The notes below the pieces were generated by a model that did not search any database, was not told the DNA's origin, and saw only the letters and a program-made list of their open reading frames with translations. Below, in pieces: positions 52,586 through 63,337 of a stretch of DNA of 64,000 nucleotides. The stretch spans positions 448,001-512,000 of the forward strand of contig CBDFLJ010000001.1 of the NCBI GenBank assembly GCA_965248835.1. Reading direction: 5' to 3'. This stretch comes from Alphaproteobacteria bacterium (GTDB taxonomy: Bacteria; Pseudomonadota; Alphaproteobacteria; MPNO01). How positions within the stretch are numbered: the stretch's first letter is position 1; each line of letters begins with the position of its first letter. The position numbers and the translations under genes are program-made.

Positions 52586-53496
52586 TGGTCGTCCTCCCCT
52601 CTGGTCGATCTTAGAGCATGTTCCAGGCGAATCGAGTCGGCCCGGAAGATTGAGTAGGTCGCCCCGCAGATGATCGCAGCGCCCGGCCAGATCCAGATGT
52701 CGGGAATCTCGCTGAAGGCGAGGTAGCCGATCAGCGCAACGAAGGGGAGCTGGAGATAGTAGGCCGGCATCACCACCGCCGTCGGCGCTGCAACGAACGA
52801 TCGGGTCATGCCTTGCTGGGCGCCGGTACTGGCCAGGCCCAGCATGACCAGCCACGAAATGTCGCTCGCCGCCGGGGTCTGCCAGAGCAGCGCGGTGGGC
52901 ACGGCGGCGAGGATCGCCATCAGCCCGAACATGTAGAGCACCACGGCGTTGGTTTCCTGGGTGCCGGCGAAGAACCGTGTGGCGGCGTTTACCGCGCCGA
53001 AAGCGAGCCCGACGAACAGCATCGCCAGCGCCGGCCAAGCATTCTCCTGGAACCCCGGCCGGATAATGACCATAGCGCCGCAGAAGCCGATGACGACCGC
53101 AGCGGCCCGGCGGTAGCCCAGAGGTTCGCCGAGGAACAGCGCGGCCAGCACGACCGTGAACAGGGCCGCCGTGAACAGGAGTGCCGAAACGTCGGCGGCG
53201 TTCATGTGCCGCAGCGCATAGTACATCGCCACCATGCCGGCCGCGGCGGCGGCGCTGCGCGCCCAGTGGACCGGCATGTTGGCGGCCTTCATCGCGCCCG
53301 GCGCGGCGCGGATCAGCCAGGGCAGCATGCAGACCGTCGTGCCGGCGGCCTGGAAAAAGACGATCTCGATTCCGGGCAGGTGGGAGACCCGGCGCGCCGA
53401 GATCACGATCATCGCATGGAACAGCGACGCGAAGGTCATCCACGAGATGCCGCGCACGACGCCTGCGCGCGGGCCGGGGCTGGCGGGACGGCCCAC
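52582..53496 (-). CDS. DMT/EamA family transporter
   Basis: ~10 hydrophobic segments, LFLGE, IIRPG. Confidence 0.88.
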   Translation of the reverse strand: MGRPASPGPRAGVVRGISWMTFASLFHAMIVISARRVSHLPGIEIVFFQAAGTTVCMLPWLIRAAPGAMKAANMPVHWARSAAAAAGMVAMYYALRHMNAADVSALLFTAALFTVVLAALFLGEPLGYRRAAAVVIGFCGAMVIIRPGFQENAWPALAMLFVGLAFGAVNAATRFFAGTQETNAVVLYMFGLMAILAAVPTALLWQTPAASDISWLVMLGLASTGAQQGMTRSFVAAPTAVVMPAYYLQLPFVALIGYLAFSEIPDIWIWPGAAIICGATYSIFRADSIRLEHALRSTRGEDDQ

Positions 53497-53505
53497 CGCT
53501 CGGTT

Positions 53506-54411
53506 CTATCGCGTCGGGACCGGGTGGTCGCCCGAATAGTCGTAGAAGCCGCGACCGGTCTTGCGGCCGAGCCAGCCGGCCTCGACATATTTGACCAGCA
53601 GCGGGCAGGGCCGGTACTTGCTATCGGCAAGCCCCTCATAGAGCACCTGCATGACGGACAGGCAGGTATCCAGCCCGATGAAGTCGGCGAGCTCGAACGG
53701 ACCCATCGGGTGATTGGCGCCCATCCGCATCGCGGTGTCGATCGATTCCACCGAGCCGACGCCCTCGTGCAGCGTGTAGACCGCTTCGTTCAGCATCGGC
53801 AGGAGAATGCGGTTGACGATGAATGCGGGGAAATCCTCCGCGTTCACCGGCGTCTTGCCGAGCGCGAGGGTCAGCGCCCGGATGGTCTCGAAGGTCGGCT
53901 TGTCGGTGGCGATGCCGGGGATCAGCTCGACAAGCTGCATCGCGGGCACCGGGTTCATGAAATGCATGCCCATGAACTTCGCCGGCCGATCGGTCGCCGC
54001 GCCCAGCCGGGTGATCGAGATCGAGGAGGTGTTCGAGGCGATCAGCGCATCTTCGCGGATCTCGGCGACAAGCCGCTTGTAGATCTCGCGCTTGGTCTCC
54101 TCCTTCTCGGTCGCCGCCTCGATGACCAGATCGCAATCGGCGAAGATGCCGTATTCGGTCCCGGTCCGGATCCGGCCGAGCGCCGCGTCCTTCTCCTCGG
54201 CGGTCATCCGGCTGCGGCCGATCTGGCGGTCGAAATTGCGCCCGATGGAGCCAAGCGCGTCCGCGACCAGGGCGTGCGAGATGTCGCCCAGCACCACGTC
54301 GAAGCCATTGGCGGCGCAGACGTTGGCGATGCCGGTGCCCATCTGCCCCGCGCCGACGACCCCGATTGTCCGGATCGGGCCGTCCGGGCCGCTAACGGCT
54401 GGATCGTTCAT
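53506..54411 (-). CDS. hbd: 3-hydroxybutyryl-CoA dehydrogenase
   Basis: [37 protein letters not shown]; follows etfA. Confidence 0.93.
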   Translation of the reverse strand: MNDPAVSGPDGPIRTIGVVGAGQMGTGIANVCAANGFDVVLGDISHALVADALGSIGRNFDRQIGRSRMTAEEKDAALGRIRTGTEYGIFADCDLVIEAATEKEETKREIYKRLVAEIREDALIASNTSSISITRLGAATDRPAKFMGMHFMNPVPAMQLVELIPGIATDKPTFETIRALTLALGKTPVNAEDFPAFIVNRILLPMLNEAVYTLHEGVGSVESIDTAMRMGANHPMGPFELADFIGLDTCLSVMQVLYEGLADSKYRPCPLLVKYVEAGWLGRKTGRGFYDYSGDHPVPTR

Positions 54412-54459
54412 CGCACCACCATCCTTCAGAAAGTCGGCGAGAAGCGGCCGAAGACGACC

Positions 54460-55410
54460 TCACCGCGGTTTGATGCCGGTCTTGTCGAGCTCCTCGACGA
54501 GCGCCGGCAGCGCCTTGAACAGGTCCTCCACCAGGCCGTAGTCGGCGATCTGGAACATCGGCGCGTCCTCGTCCTTGTTGATCGCGACGATGACCTTGCT
54601 GTCCTTCATCCCGGCAAGATGCTGGATCGCACCGGAAATGCCCACCGCGACATAAAGCTCCGGTGCCACCACCTTGCCGGTCTGGCCGACCTGGAAGTCG
54701 TTCGGCCGGTAGCCGGCATCGACGGCAGCGCGCGAGGCGCCGACCGCGGCCCCGAGCCGGTCGGCGACCGCCTCGACCAGGGCGAAGTTCTCCGAGGACT
54801 GCATGCCGCGTCCGCCGGAGACGATGACCCGGGCGCTGGTGAGCTCCGGTCGTTCGGACTTCGACAGCGCCTGGCGCAGGAAGCGCGACTGGCCGGAGCC
54901 CTGTTCGCCGGCGACAGGCTCGATCGCCGCGCTGCCGTCCTGGCCGGCGGCGGGAAAGGCGGTGCCGCGCACGGTGATCACCTTGATCGGATCGCTGGAC
55001 TGGACGGTCGCCATCGCGTTTCCGGCATAGATCGGACGCACGAAAGTATCAGCCGATACGATCTCCATCATGTCCGAGATCTGGGCGACATCGAGGAGGG
55101 CTGCGACGCGCGGGGCGAGGTTCTTGCCGGTGGTGTTGGCCGGGAACAGGACCGCCTCGTAGTCGGGTGCGAGCGAGACCACGAGCGGGGCCACGGCTTC
55201 GGCCAGCAGATGGCCGTAGGCCTCGTTCTCGGCCAGGCGGACCCGGCCAACGCCGGCGATACAAGCCGCCGCCTCGGCGACCGCGCGGCAGGATTCGCCT
55301 GCGACCAGCACGTCGACGGCGGGGCCCAGCGCCGCCGCCGCGCTGACGGTGTTCAGCGTCGCGGGCGCAAGCTCGGTGCCGTCGTGATCGGCAACGACCA
55401 GGGCCGCCAT
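54460..55410 (-). CDS. etfA: Electron transfer flavoprotein alpha subunit
   Basis: [34 protein letters not shown]. Confidence 0.98.
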   Translation of the reverse strand: MAALVVADHDGTELAPATLNTVSAAAALGPAVDVLVAGESCRAVAEAAACIAGVGRVRLAENEAYGHLLAEAVAPLVVSLAPDYEAVLFPANTTGKNLAPRVAALLDVAQISDMMEIVSADTFVRPIYAGNAMATVQSSDPIKVITVRGTAFPAAGQDGSAAIEPVAGEQGSGQSRFLRQALSKSERPELTSARVIVSGGRGMQSSENFALVEAVADRLGAAVGASRAAVDAGYRPNDFQVGQTGKVVAPELYVAVGISGAIQHLAGMKDSKVIVAINKDEDAPMFQIADYGLVEDLFKALPALVEELDKTGIKPR

Positions 55411-56159
55411 CAGATCACCCCCGCTTCGTTCTTCAGCTTGTCGACCAGTTCGGCAACGTCGGCGACCTTGGCACCGCCCTCGCGCTTGGGCGGGTCCTCG
55501 ACCTTCAACGTCATGAGCCGCGGCGCCACGTCGACGCCCAGATCGTCGACCGGGATCTGGTCGATCGGCTTTTTCTTCGCCTTCATGATGTTGGGCAGCG
55601 AGGCATAGCGCGGCTCGTTGAGCCGGAGGTCGGTGGTCATCACCGCCGGCAGGTCGAGCGCAAGCGTCTCAAGCCCGCCGTCGACTTCACGGGTCACTTC
55701 GGCGGCGCCGTCGGCGAAGACGATCTCGGAGGCGAAGGTGCCTTGCGGCCATCCCAGGAGCGCGGCCAGCATCTGGCCGGTCTGGTTGCTGTCGTCATCG
55801 ATCGCCTGCTTGCCAAGGATCACCAGGTCCGGGCGCTCGCGCTCGACCAACGCCTTCAGCAGCTTGGCCACCGCCAGCGGCTGGAGCTCCTGGTCGGTCA
55901 GGACGTGGATGCCGCGGTCCGCGCCCATGGCCAGCGCGGTTCGGATCGTCTCCTGGCACTGCTGGACGCCCATCGAGACGGCGATGATCTCCTCGGCCTT
56001 TCCGGCCTCCTTCATGCGGATCGCTTCCTCGACGGCGATCTCGTCGAAAGGGTTCATCGACATCTTGACGTTGGTCGTCTCGACGCCGCTCTGGTCGGCC
56101 TTGACGCGGACCTTGACGTTGTAGTCGACGACCCGCTTGACAGCGACGAATACCTTCAT
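55410..56159 (-). CDS. etfB: Electron transfer flavoprotein beta subunit
   Basis: [40 protein letters not shown]. Confidence 0.98.
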   Translation of the reverse strand: MKVFVAVKRVVDYNVKVRVKADQSGVETTNVKMSMNPFDEIAVEEAIRMKEAGKAEEIIAVSMGVQQCQETIRTALAMGADRGIHVLTDQELQPLAVAKLLKALVERERPDLVILGKQAIDDDSNQTGQMLAALLGWPQGTFASEIVFADGAAEVTREVDGGLETLALDLPAVMTTDLRLNEPRYASLPNIMKAKKKPIDQIPVDDLGVDVAPRLMTLKVEDPPKREGGAKVADVAELVDKLKNEAGVI

Positions 56160-56337
56160 CGAAAGGTTTCCCCGGATCTCTTGACGAATACGTTCAGCAA
56201 TTGGAGGCGGGCTGGGACACGGCCTTCAGGGTCGCGGCATGCTGCCGGCTTATGAAAACCGCGTTGCACATTATGTCTGCGCCCATGGGCTGTCAACGCG
56301 CTGTCCTGGACCGCGCCCGACCGGGAAGGCGATCGCG

Positions 56338-56502
56338 ATGAGCCGCGAGCGGTTCGACGCGGTGATCGTCGGTGGCGCCGCAATGGGCAGCGCGGTTGTC
56401 GAACTGATCGTCCATGGCGGGTTTCGCACCCTCGACCTTGCGGCGCTGGACTATGATCGCGTCGAACGCCGGGCGCCGCTCCGGGAAGCGAACGTGGTCT
56501 GG
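56338..56502 (+). pseudogene. Internally deleted FAD-dependent oxidoreductase (DAO/sarcosine oxidase-like) retaining only its N- and C-termini
   Basis: MSRERFDAVIVGGAAMGSAV joined directly to VELIVHGGFRTLDLAALDYDRV...LREANVV, then TGG where a stop is expected. Confidence 0.7.
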
Positions 56503-56521
56503 CTGCCGCCGAGGGACTTCG

Positions 56522-57367
56522 ATGAGCTATCTCGACCGCATCGCCGAATGCAACGCGCACGACCTGTCGGGGTTCATACCCTTCGAGGTCTCAGGTGTCC
56601 GGGTCGGCTGGCTGCGGCCGGCATTCGCCCGCCACCTCGCGCCCCATGGCGAGGTCTTCGCGCTCGACGCCGATGCGGTCCGGCTCGCCCCCGGACTCGC
56701 CGGTCCGGCCGCGCGCAGCGAAGCGGTCGCGCCGGTGCTGCGCCGGTTCGCCGAAGACGGGCTGATCGGCGGCTGGCGCAACGAGATCTATCCCGTCGGC
56801 ACGCGCTTTGCCGATCCGCCGCTGATGCAAATCGAGCGCGCGGCGGTGCCGTTCTTCGGCATCCGGGCCTATGGCATTCACGTCAACGGCTTCGTCCGCG
56901 ACGGCGATCGGCTGTCGATGTGGGTCGGCCGCCGGGCGCGTGACAAGCCGACCTATCCCGGCATGCTCGACAACTTCGTCGCCGGCGGCCAGCCGGTCGG
57001 CATCAGCCTGATGGACAATTTGATCAAGGAGGCCGGCGAGGAGGCGGGCGTGCCGCCGGAGCTTGCCCGGCGGGCGCGTGCCGTTAGCGCGATCTCCTAT
57101 TGCCAGGAGACCGAAGACGGGCTGAAGCCGGACGTCATGTTCTGCTACGACCTGGAGCTTCCGGCGGATTTCCGGCCACGCAACACCGACGGCGAGCTCG
57201 AGGACTTTTATCTCTGGCCGGTCGAGCAGGTCATGGAGACGGTCTCGCAGACCCGCGCGTTCAAGTTCAATTGCAATTTGGTGTGCACCGACTTCTTCGT
57301 CCGCCATGGGCTGCTTTCGCCCGACCGGACGGACTATGTCGAAATCGTCAAGCGCCTGCGGTCATAG
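56522..57367 (+). CDS. DUF4743/NUDIX hydrolase (thiamine pyrophosphokinase-related)
   Basis: GWRNEIY, IERAA..FG, YGIHVNG, LDNFVAGG...KEAGEEAG Nudix box, FKFNC. Confidence 0.88.
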   Translation: MSYLDRIAECNAHDLSGFIPFEVSGVRVGWLRPAFARHLAPHGEVFALDADAVRLAPGLAGPAARSEAVAPVLRRFAEDGLIGGWRNEIYPVGTRFADPPLMQIERAAVPFFGIRAYGIHVNGFVRDGDRLSMWVGRRARDKPTYPGMLDNFVAGGQPVGISLMDNLIKEAGEEAGVPPELARRARAVSAISYCQETEDGLKPDVMFCYDLELPADFRPRNTDGELEDFYLWPVEQVMETVSQTRAFKFNCNLVCTDFFVRHGLLSPDRTDYVEIVKRLRS

Positions 57368-58225
57368 GCTGGCGAAGCCGGCCATCACGCGGACCTCCTC
57401 GGGTGTGCGGCCGCTGGCGCGCAGGCTTGCGATGCTGAGGCTGTCATGGCGCTTGGCAAGCCGGCGGCCGGCGTCATCGGTCAGCAGGCGGTGGTGCTGA
57501 TATTGCGGGGTGTCGTAGCCGAGAAGCGCCTGCAGCAGCCGGTGGACATGGGTTGCTGCCAGGAGATCGGCGCCGCGGCTGACGATGCTTACCCCCTGCA
57601 GGTGGTCGTCGACCGTGACCGCGAGGTGGTAGCTGGTCGGCGCGTCCTTGCGCGCGAGCACGATGTCTCCGAACGTCTCCGGGCGCGCGTTCAGCGTGCC
57701 GTGTGTGCGATCGCACCACGAGATCGGACCGATCATTGCCGCCGCGCGGGCCATGTCCAGCCGCAGCGCGTAGGGCTCGCCGGCCTCGATCCGTTGCCGG
57801 GCGCGTTCACCGGGCAGATTGCGGCAGATACCGGGATAGACCGGGCCGTCGGGGCCGTGCGGTGCCTGGCCCGACCGCGCGATCTCGGCCTTGATGTCCT
57901 TGCGGGTGCAAAAGCAGGGATAGACAAGACCTGTGCCGTCGAGCGTCTCGAGCGCGGCGCTGTAATCGTCGAGATGGTCGGACTGCCGGCGGACATCTCC
58001 GTCCCAGCACAGCCCGAGCCATTCGAGATCGCGATAGATCGCGGCCTCGAATTCCGGCCGGCAGCGGCCGGAGTCGATGTCCTCGATACGCAGGATGAAG
58101 CGGCCCTGCGGGCCCCGGGCGAGGGCTTGGGCGGTAAGAGCCGAATAGGCGTGACCGAGATGGAGCAGGCCTGTGGGACTCGGCGCAAAGCGCGAGACTG
58201 CCTCCGGCACGGAGCGTTTTGCCAT
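57362..58225 (-). CDS. gluQ: tRNA glutamyl-Q(34) synthetase GluQRS
   Basis: RFAPSPTGLLHLGH, RIEDID, CFCTR, RLAKR; no anticodon-binding domain. Confidence 0.92.
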   Translation of the reverse strand: MAKRSVPEAVSRFAPSPTGLLHLGHAYSALTAQALARGPQGRFILRIEDIDSGRCRPEFEAAIYRDLEWLGLCWDGDVRRQSDHLDDYSAALETLDGTGLVYPCFCTRKDIKAEIARSGQAPHGPDGPVYPGICRNLPGERARQRIEAGEPYALRLDMARAAAMIGPISWCDRTHGTLNARPETFGDIVLARKDAPTSYHLAVTVDDHLQGVSIVSRGADLLAATHVHRLLQALLGYDTPQYQHHRLLTDDAGRRLAKRHDSLSIASLRASGRTPEEVRVMAGFASL

Positions 58226-58291
58226 GTCCCGGCATCTATGCCATAGAGCGTTGATGAAAAATATAGCCGTTCCGACGCGGCGGCGAACCCG

Positions 58292-58951
58292 ATGACACGC
58301 GCCATGACAGCGGCCGATTTCGGCCGGGCGCTTGCCGATTTGGCCGCTTGCGATCCCGCGCTGGGCCGGATCGCCGATGCTTTCGGCCCGCCGCCCCGCC
58401 GGCGGCGCGATCAGGGGTTCGCGACTATCGTCCTGCTCATCCTGGAGCAGCAGGTCTCGCTCGCCTCGGCCGAGGCGAGTTTCGCCCGCCTGGCCGAGGC
58501 GGCCGGCGGCGTCGAGCCCGCGCGCGTGCTGGCGCTCGGCGATGACGGGCTCAGGCGCGCCGGGCTGTCGCGCCAGAAGGCCGGCTACGTCCTGGGGCTG
58601 GCCGATGCGGTCGCGACGGGGGCGCTCGACTTCCGCCGCATCGCGCGCGCCGACGATGACAGCGCCCGCGAGACGCTGGTCGCGCTCAAAGGGATCGGCA
58701 CCTGGACGGCGGACATCTACCTGTTGAGCGCGCTGCAGCGGCCGGACGTGTGGCCGGCGCGCGATCTCGCGCTGCAGGTCGCCGCGCAGGAGATCAAGGC
58801 GCTGGACGCCCGGCCCGACGAGCCCGCGCTTGCCGCGATCGGCGAGGCGTGGCGGCCCTGGCGGTCGGTTGCCGCGCGGTTGCTGTGGCACTATTACCTC
58901 AACACCAAGCGCCCGGGCCGCGCGAACAAGACCGACACAACGGAGGCGTGA
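58292..58951 (+). CDS. alkA: DNA-3-methyladenine glycosylase II (AlkA-like, HhH-GPD)
   Basis: ILEQQVS, GLSRQK, LKGIGTWTA, WRPWRSVAA. Confidence 0.88.
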   Translation: MTRAMTAADFGRALADLAACDPALGRIADAFGPPPRRRRDQGFATIVLLILEQQVSLASAEASFARLAEAAGGVEPARVLALGDDGLRRAGLSRQKAGYVLGLADAVATGALDFRRIARADDDSARETLVALKGIGTWTADIYLLSALQRPDVWPARDLALQVAAQEIKALDARPDEPALAAIGEAWRPWRSVAARLLWHYYLNTKRPGRANKTDTTEA

Positions 58952-59616
58952 TGGCCGATCAAGTCCCGCTTACCGGTCCCGCCTTCGGGCCTGCCGCAGG
59001 CGGGCCGGCGGCTTCGCTGGTCATTCTGCTGCACGGGCTCGGCGCCGACGGCAATGACCTGATCGGGCTTGCGCCTTATTTCGCGCGCACCCTGCCCGAT
59101 GCCGCGTTCATCGCGCCCGACGCCCCCCACGCCTGCGACATGGCGCCGATGGGCTATCAGTGGTTCAGCATCCAGACCCAGGATACCGCCCAACGGGTGG
59201 AGGAGATCCGCCAGAGCGCGCGCATCATCGATGGCTTCATCGACGACCAGCTCGCCGTCCATGGCCTCGGCGAGGAGCGTCTTGCCCTGGTGGGGTTCAG
59301 CCAGGGAACCATGATGTCGCTGTTCGTCGCCCCGCGGCGGGCCGCCGCCTGCGCGGGCGTCCTCGGCTATTCGGGCCGCCTGGAGGGCAGAAACCTTCTG
59401 GCCGCGGAGACGGTCTCGCGCCCCCCGGTGGTGCTGATCCACGGCGATTCGGACGAGCTGCTGCCGATCGACCGGCTGGAGCATGCCCGTGCCGGGCTGG
59501 AGGAGAACGGGTTTTCGGTAAAGACCCACGTCCGTCCCGGGCTGGGCCACGGCATCGACGAGGCCGGGATCGAGATCGGGGCGCGTTTCCTGGCCGCGCG
59601 GCTGGGCGAGACATAA
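58951..59616 (+). CDS. Phospholipase/carboxylesterase
   Basis: LHGLGADG, GFSQG, HGDSD, GHGID. Confidence 0.92.
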   Translation: MADQVPLTGPAFGPAAGGPAASLVILLHGLGADGNDLIGLAPYFARTLPDAAFIAPDAPHACDMAPMGYQWFSIQTQDTAQRVEEIRQSARIIDGFIDDQLAVHGLGEERLALVGFSQGTMMSLFVAPRRAAACAGVLGYSGRLEGRNLLAAETVSRPPVVLIHGDSDELLPIDRLEHARAGLEENGFSVKTHVRPGLGHGIDEAGIEIGARFLAARLGET

Positions 59617-59708
59617 GGCGCCGCCTGATCGGTTGCCGATCGGCCTGATCGCGTGTAAGGTGTTGATATGGTTGGTGTGCGGTTGATCGCCGGTTTGTAG
59701 TCGGGGCG

Positions 59709-60275
59709 GTGTCGGTGGTCGCCTTCAACGATTGTCCTGCCTTGGTCCTGAACGCGGATTTTCGTCCGCTGAGCTATTTTCCGCTTTCGCTCTGGTGTTG
59801 GCAGGACACGGTCAAGGCTGTCTTCCTGGACCGTGTCAACATCGTCTCGGAATACGATCAGATCGTCCGCTCGCCGGGGTCAGCGATGCGCCTGCCCTCG
59901 GTGATCGCGCTGAAAACCTATATCCCGATGGCTCGGCGGCCGGCGTTCACGCGCTTCAACGTCTTTTTGCGCGATCGGTTCGAGTGCCAGTATTGCGGGG
60001 CCAGGCCGGGGACGCCCGAGCTTACCTTCGATCATGTCGTGCCGCGCTCGCGCGGCGGGCGGACCACCTGGGTGAACGTGGTCAGCGCCTGCACCTCGTG
60101 CAACCTGCGCAAGTCCGACCGGTTGCCGCGCGAATGCGGGCTGCGTCCCAGGCGCGAGCCGGTCGCGCCGTCGAACCACCAGCTCCAGGCCAACGGCCGC
60201 GCCTTTCCGCCCAACTTCCTGCACGATAGCTGGCGCGATTTCCTGTACTGGGATTCCGAGCTCGAGTCCGGCTGA
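59709..60275 (+). CDS. HNH endonuclease (conserved alphaproteobacterial type)
   Basis: ALVLNAD, RDRFECQYCG, TFDHVVPRSRGG, NVVSAC..CN..K. Confidence 0.92.
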   Translation: MSVVAFNDCPALVLNADFRPLSYFPLSLWCWQDTVKAVFLDRVNIVSEYDQIVRSPGSAMRLPSVIALKTYIPMARRPAFTRFNVFLRDRFECQYCGARPGTPELTFDHVVPRSRGGRTTWVNVVSACTSCNLRKSDRLPRECGLRPRREPVAPSNHQLQANGRAFPPNFLHDSWRDFLYWDSELESG

Positions 60276-60331
60276 GCCGGGGCTTGGTTCGCGGTCCCGA
60301 CCGGAGGTCCCGGGCGGCGCGGGGCCCGCCG

Positions 60332-61198
60332 TCAGGGCCAGCTCACGGCCGGCGGCAGCGACATCAGGATGGCCTCGGTATTGCCGCCGGTCTCCAGCCC
60401 GAACCTTGTGCCGCGGTCATAGAGCAGGTTGAACTCGACGTAACGCCCGCGCCGGACGAGTTGGTGAGCGCGCTGGTCCTCGGTCCATGTCCGGTTCATC
60501 CGCGCGCGCACGATCGTTGCGTAGACCGCCAGCACGGCGCGGCCGATGTCCCGGGTGAAGGCGAAATCGGCCTCCCAGTCCCCGCTCGCCAGACCGTCGT
60601 AGAAGATGCCGCCCGCACCCCGGACCTCGGCGCGGTGCGGCAGATAGAAATATTCGTCGCAAGCCTGCTTGAACTTCGGGTAGTAGGCCGGGTCGTGGGC
60701 AGCGCAGGCATCGGCGAGCGCGCGGTGGAACGCCTGTGCCGCGTCCTCGTCGGGGTAGATCGGGGTCAGGTCGGCGCCGCCGCCGAACCACGCCCTGGTG
60801 GTGACGATGAACCGCGTGTTCATGTGCATCGCCGGCACCAGCGGCGAGCGCATGTGCGCGACCAGCGAAATTCCGCTGGCCCAGAACCGCGGGTCGTCCT
60901 CGGCACCGGGGATCTGCTTGCCGAACGCCGGCGAGAACGCGCCATGGACGGTGGAGACGTTGACCCCGACCTTCTCGAAGACCCGGCCCTTCATGATCGA
61001 CATCTCGCCGCCGCCGCCGTCCGAACCGTCATCGGTCGGCCTTTGCCAGGTCTTGCGGCCGAACCGTCCCGGCGGCGGCGCGCCTCCCGGGCCGTCCGGG
61101 AGCGCGTCCTCGATCGCCTCGAAGGACGCGCAGAACGAATCGCGCAGCGCGCCGAACCAGGCCCGCACCCTGTCCTTCCTGGCCTCCAGCGCGGTCAC
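60332..61198 (-). CDS. hemF: Oxygen-dependent coproporphyrinogen III oxidase
   Basis: [45 protein letters not shown]. Confidence 0.97.
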   Translation of the reverse strand: MTALEARKDRVRAWFGALRDSFCASFEAIEDALPDGPGGAPPPGRFGRKTWQRPTDDGSDGGGGEMSIMKGRVFEKVGVNVSTVHGAFSPAFGKQIPGAEDDPRFWASGISLVAHMRSPLVPAMHMNTRFIVTTRAWFGGGADLTPIYPDEDAAQAFHRALADACAAHDPAYYPKFKQACDEYFYLPHRAEVRGAGGIFYDGLASGDWEADFAFTRDIGRAVLAVYATIVRARMNRTWTEDQRAHQLVRRGRYVEFNLLYDRGTRFGLETGGNTEAILMSLPPAVSWP

Positions 61199-61488
61199 GG
61201 CACCGACTCCCGCGACCGGGTGGACCCGATGCCCGGACACGCCGCCGGCCGCCGGACCGCGCCGGCGTCCTGCGGGATGTCGAATCGCCAAACAGCCAGC
61301 CACATCAGCCTGGGGTCCGGGTCTCGTTGACTATCGCTCGAATTCGATTATACCCCTGCGCGAGGTTTGGTTCATGCGCGCGGCCGTCCGGCCGCGTCGG
61401 TAAGCCGCATCCGCGATGTCCGCGTGGCCATCTGCGCTCGGCCCGCGCGCGGTCCGCGTTGTCCCCACTGCCGCCGGGAGAATGTTCA

Positions 61489-62040
61489 ATGGCGAACTCC
61501 GAAGTCGCGACGCCGACGCCGGGCGACGGTCAGACCCGGCGCGACTTCCTGACCATTGCCACCGGCGCGCTCGCCACCGTCGGCAGCGTGGTTGCGATCT
61601 GGCCGCTGATCCAACAGATGAACCCGGCCGCGGACACGCTTGCGCTTGCGACCACCGAGGTCGACCTGTCGCCGGTGGAGCCCGGGCAGTCGATCACCGT
61701 GGTCTGGCAGGGTAAGCCGGTCTTCATCCGTCGGCGCACGCCGCAGGAGATCGAAGCGGCCGAGTCGGTCGACCAGAGCATTCTTCCCGACCCGCAGACC
61801 GATGACCAGCGCACGCAGAAGCCCGAATGGCTGATCGTCGTCGGCGTATGCACCCATCTCGGCTGCATCCCGAAAGGACAGAGCACCGGCGATGCCAAGG
61901 GCGAGTATGGCGGCTGGTTCTGTCCTTGCCACGGCTCGCACTACGACACCTCAGGCCGCATAAGGAAGGGGCCGGCACCGGCCAATTTGCCGGTGCCCGC
62001 CTACAAGTTCACCTCGGAAAACGTCGTCCTGATCGGCTAG
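61489..62040 (+). CDS. petA: Cytochrome bc1 Rieske Fe-S subunit
   Basis: TRRDFL Tat motif, CTHLGC, CPCHGS. Confidence 0.98.
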   Translation: MANSEVATPTPGDGQTRRDFLTIATGALATVGSVVAIWPLIQQMNPAADTLALATTEVDLSPVEPGQSITVVWQGKPVFIRRRTPQEIEAAESVDQSILPDPQTDDQRTQKPEWLIVVGVCTHLGCIPKGQSTGDAKGEYGGWFCPCHGSHYDTSGRIRKGPAPANLPVPAYKFTSENVVLIG

Positions 62041-62056
62041 CGGGGAGCGAAACGGC

Positions 62057-63337
62057 ATGCCTCAGCCTTGGATGCAGTATCGGTTGGTCAAATGGATCGA
62101 CTACCGCCTGCCGATGTTCACTTTCATGGAAAAGGAGCTCCTGGATTATCCGACGCCCAGGAACCTCAGCTACTGGTGGAACTTCGGCTCGCTGGCCGGG
62201 ATCGTGCTGGTCATCATGATTGTGACCGGCATCGTTCTGGCGATGCACTACACCCCGCATGTCGATCACGCCTTCGGCAGCGTCGAGCGCATCATGCGCG
62301 ATGTGAACTATGGCTGGCTGCTGCGCTACATTCATGCCAACGGCGGGTCGGCGTTCTTCGCGATCGTCTACATCCACATCTTCCGCGGGCTGTATTACGG
62401 CTCCTACAAGGCACCGCGCGAGCTGTTGTGGATCCTCGGCGTGGCGATCCTGCTGTCGATGATGGCCACCGCCTTCATGGGCTACGTTCTGCCGTGGGGC
62501 CAGATGAGCTTCTGGGCCGCAACGGTCATCACCAACCTGTTCTCGGCCATCCCGTTGGTCGGCGATACCATCGTGACCTGGCTGTGGGGCGGCTTCACGG
62601 TCGACAACCCGACGCTCAACCGGTTCTACAGCCTGCACTATCTGATGCCCTTCGTGATCGTCGGGCTCGTCATGCTGCATCTGGTGGCGTTGCACCAGCA
62701 CGGCTCGAACAATCCGCTCGGCATCGATGCCAAGGGGCCGCAGGACAAGATCCCGTTCCATCCCTACTACACCATCAAGGACATGTTCGGTCTGTCGGCG
62801 TTCCTGACGATCTTCGCGGCCTTCGTCTTTTTCGCACCCAACTTCTTTGGCGAGCCCGAGAACTACATCCCGGCGAATCCGTTGCAGACGCCTACCCATA
62901 TCGTGCCCGAATGGTACTTCCTGCCCTATTACGCGATCCTGCGCTCGATCACCTTCGACGTCTGGTTCCTGTCGGCGAAACTGATCGGCGTGATCATGAT
63001 GTTCGGCTCGGTCCTGGTTTTGTTCATCGTGCCATGGCTCGACCGCTCTGCGGTGCGCAGCGCGCGCTACCGGCCGATCTACCGCCAGCTCTTCTGGGTC
63101 CTGTTGGTCGATTGCGTCGTGCTGGGCTGGGTCGGCGGCAATCCGCCGGAGGGCATGTTCGTGGTCATCGGACAGATCGCGACGGCCTACTACTTCGCCC
63201 ATTTCCTGATCCTGATGCCGCTGATACCCAGGTTCGAAAAGACGCGGCCGCTGCCCGCCAGCATCGGCGAGCCGGTCCTGCCCGGCGGTGGGGGTCCCGC
63301 CACGCAAGCGGCCGCCAACCCGATGGAGAAGGCGTGA
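62057..63337 (+). CDS. petB: Cytochrome b
   Basis: [22 protein letters not shown]. Confidence 0.99.
   Translation: MPQPWMQYRLVKWIDYRLPMFTFMEKELLDYPTPRNLSYWWNFGSLAGIVLVIMIVTGIVLAMHYTPHVDHAFGSVERIMRDVNYGWLLRYIHANGGSAFFAIVYIHIFRGLYYGSYKAPRELLWILGVAILLSMMATAFMGYVLPWGQMSFWAATVITNLFSAIPLVGDTIVTWLWGGFTVDNPTLNRFYSLHYLMPFVIVGLVMLHLVALHQHGSNNPLGIDAKGPQDKIPFHPYYTIKDMFGLSAFLTIFAAFVFFAPNFFGEPENYIPANPLQTPTHIVPEWYFLPYYAILRSITFDVWFLSAKLIGVIMMFGSVLVLFIVPWLDRSAVRSARYRPIYRQLFWVLLVDCVVLGWVGGNPPEGMFVVIGQIATAYYFAHFLILMPLIPRFEKTRPLPASIGEPVLPGGGGPATQAAANPMEKA

Noticed and set aside
59709-60275. HNH nuclease as a defence system or mobile element
   Set aside because: Looks like the widespread chromosomal HNH found beside esterase and alkA genes; no methylase, integrase or flanking repeats.
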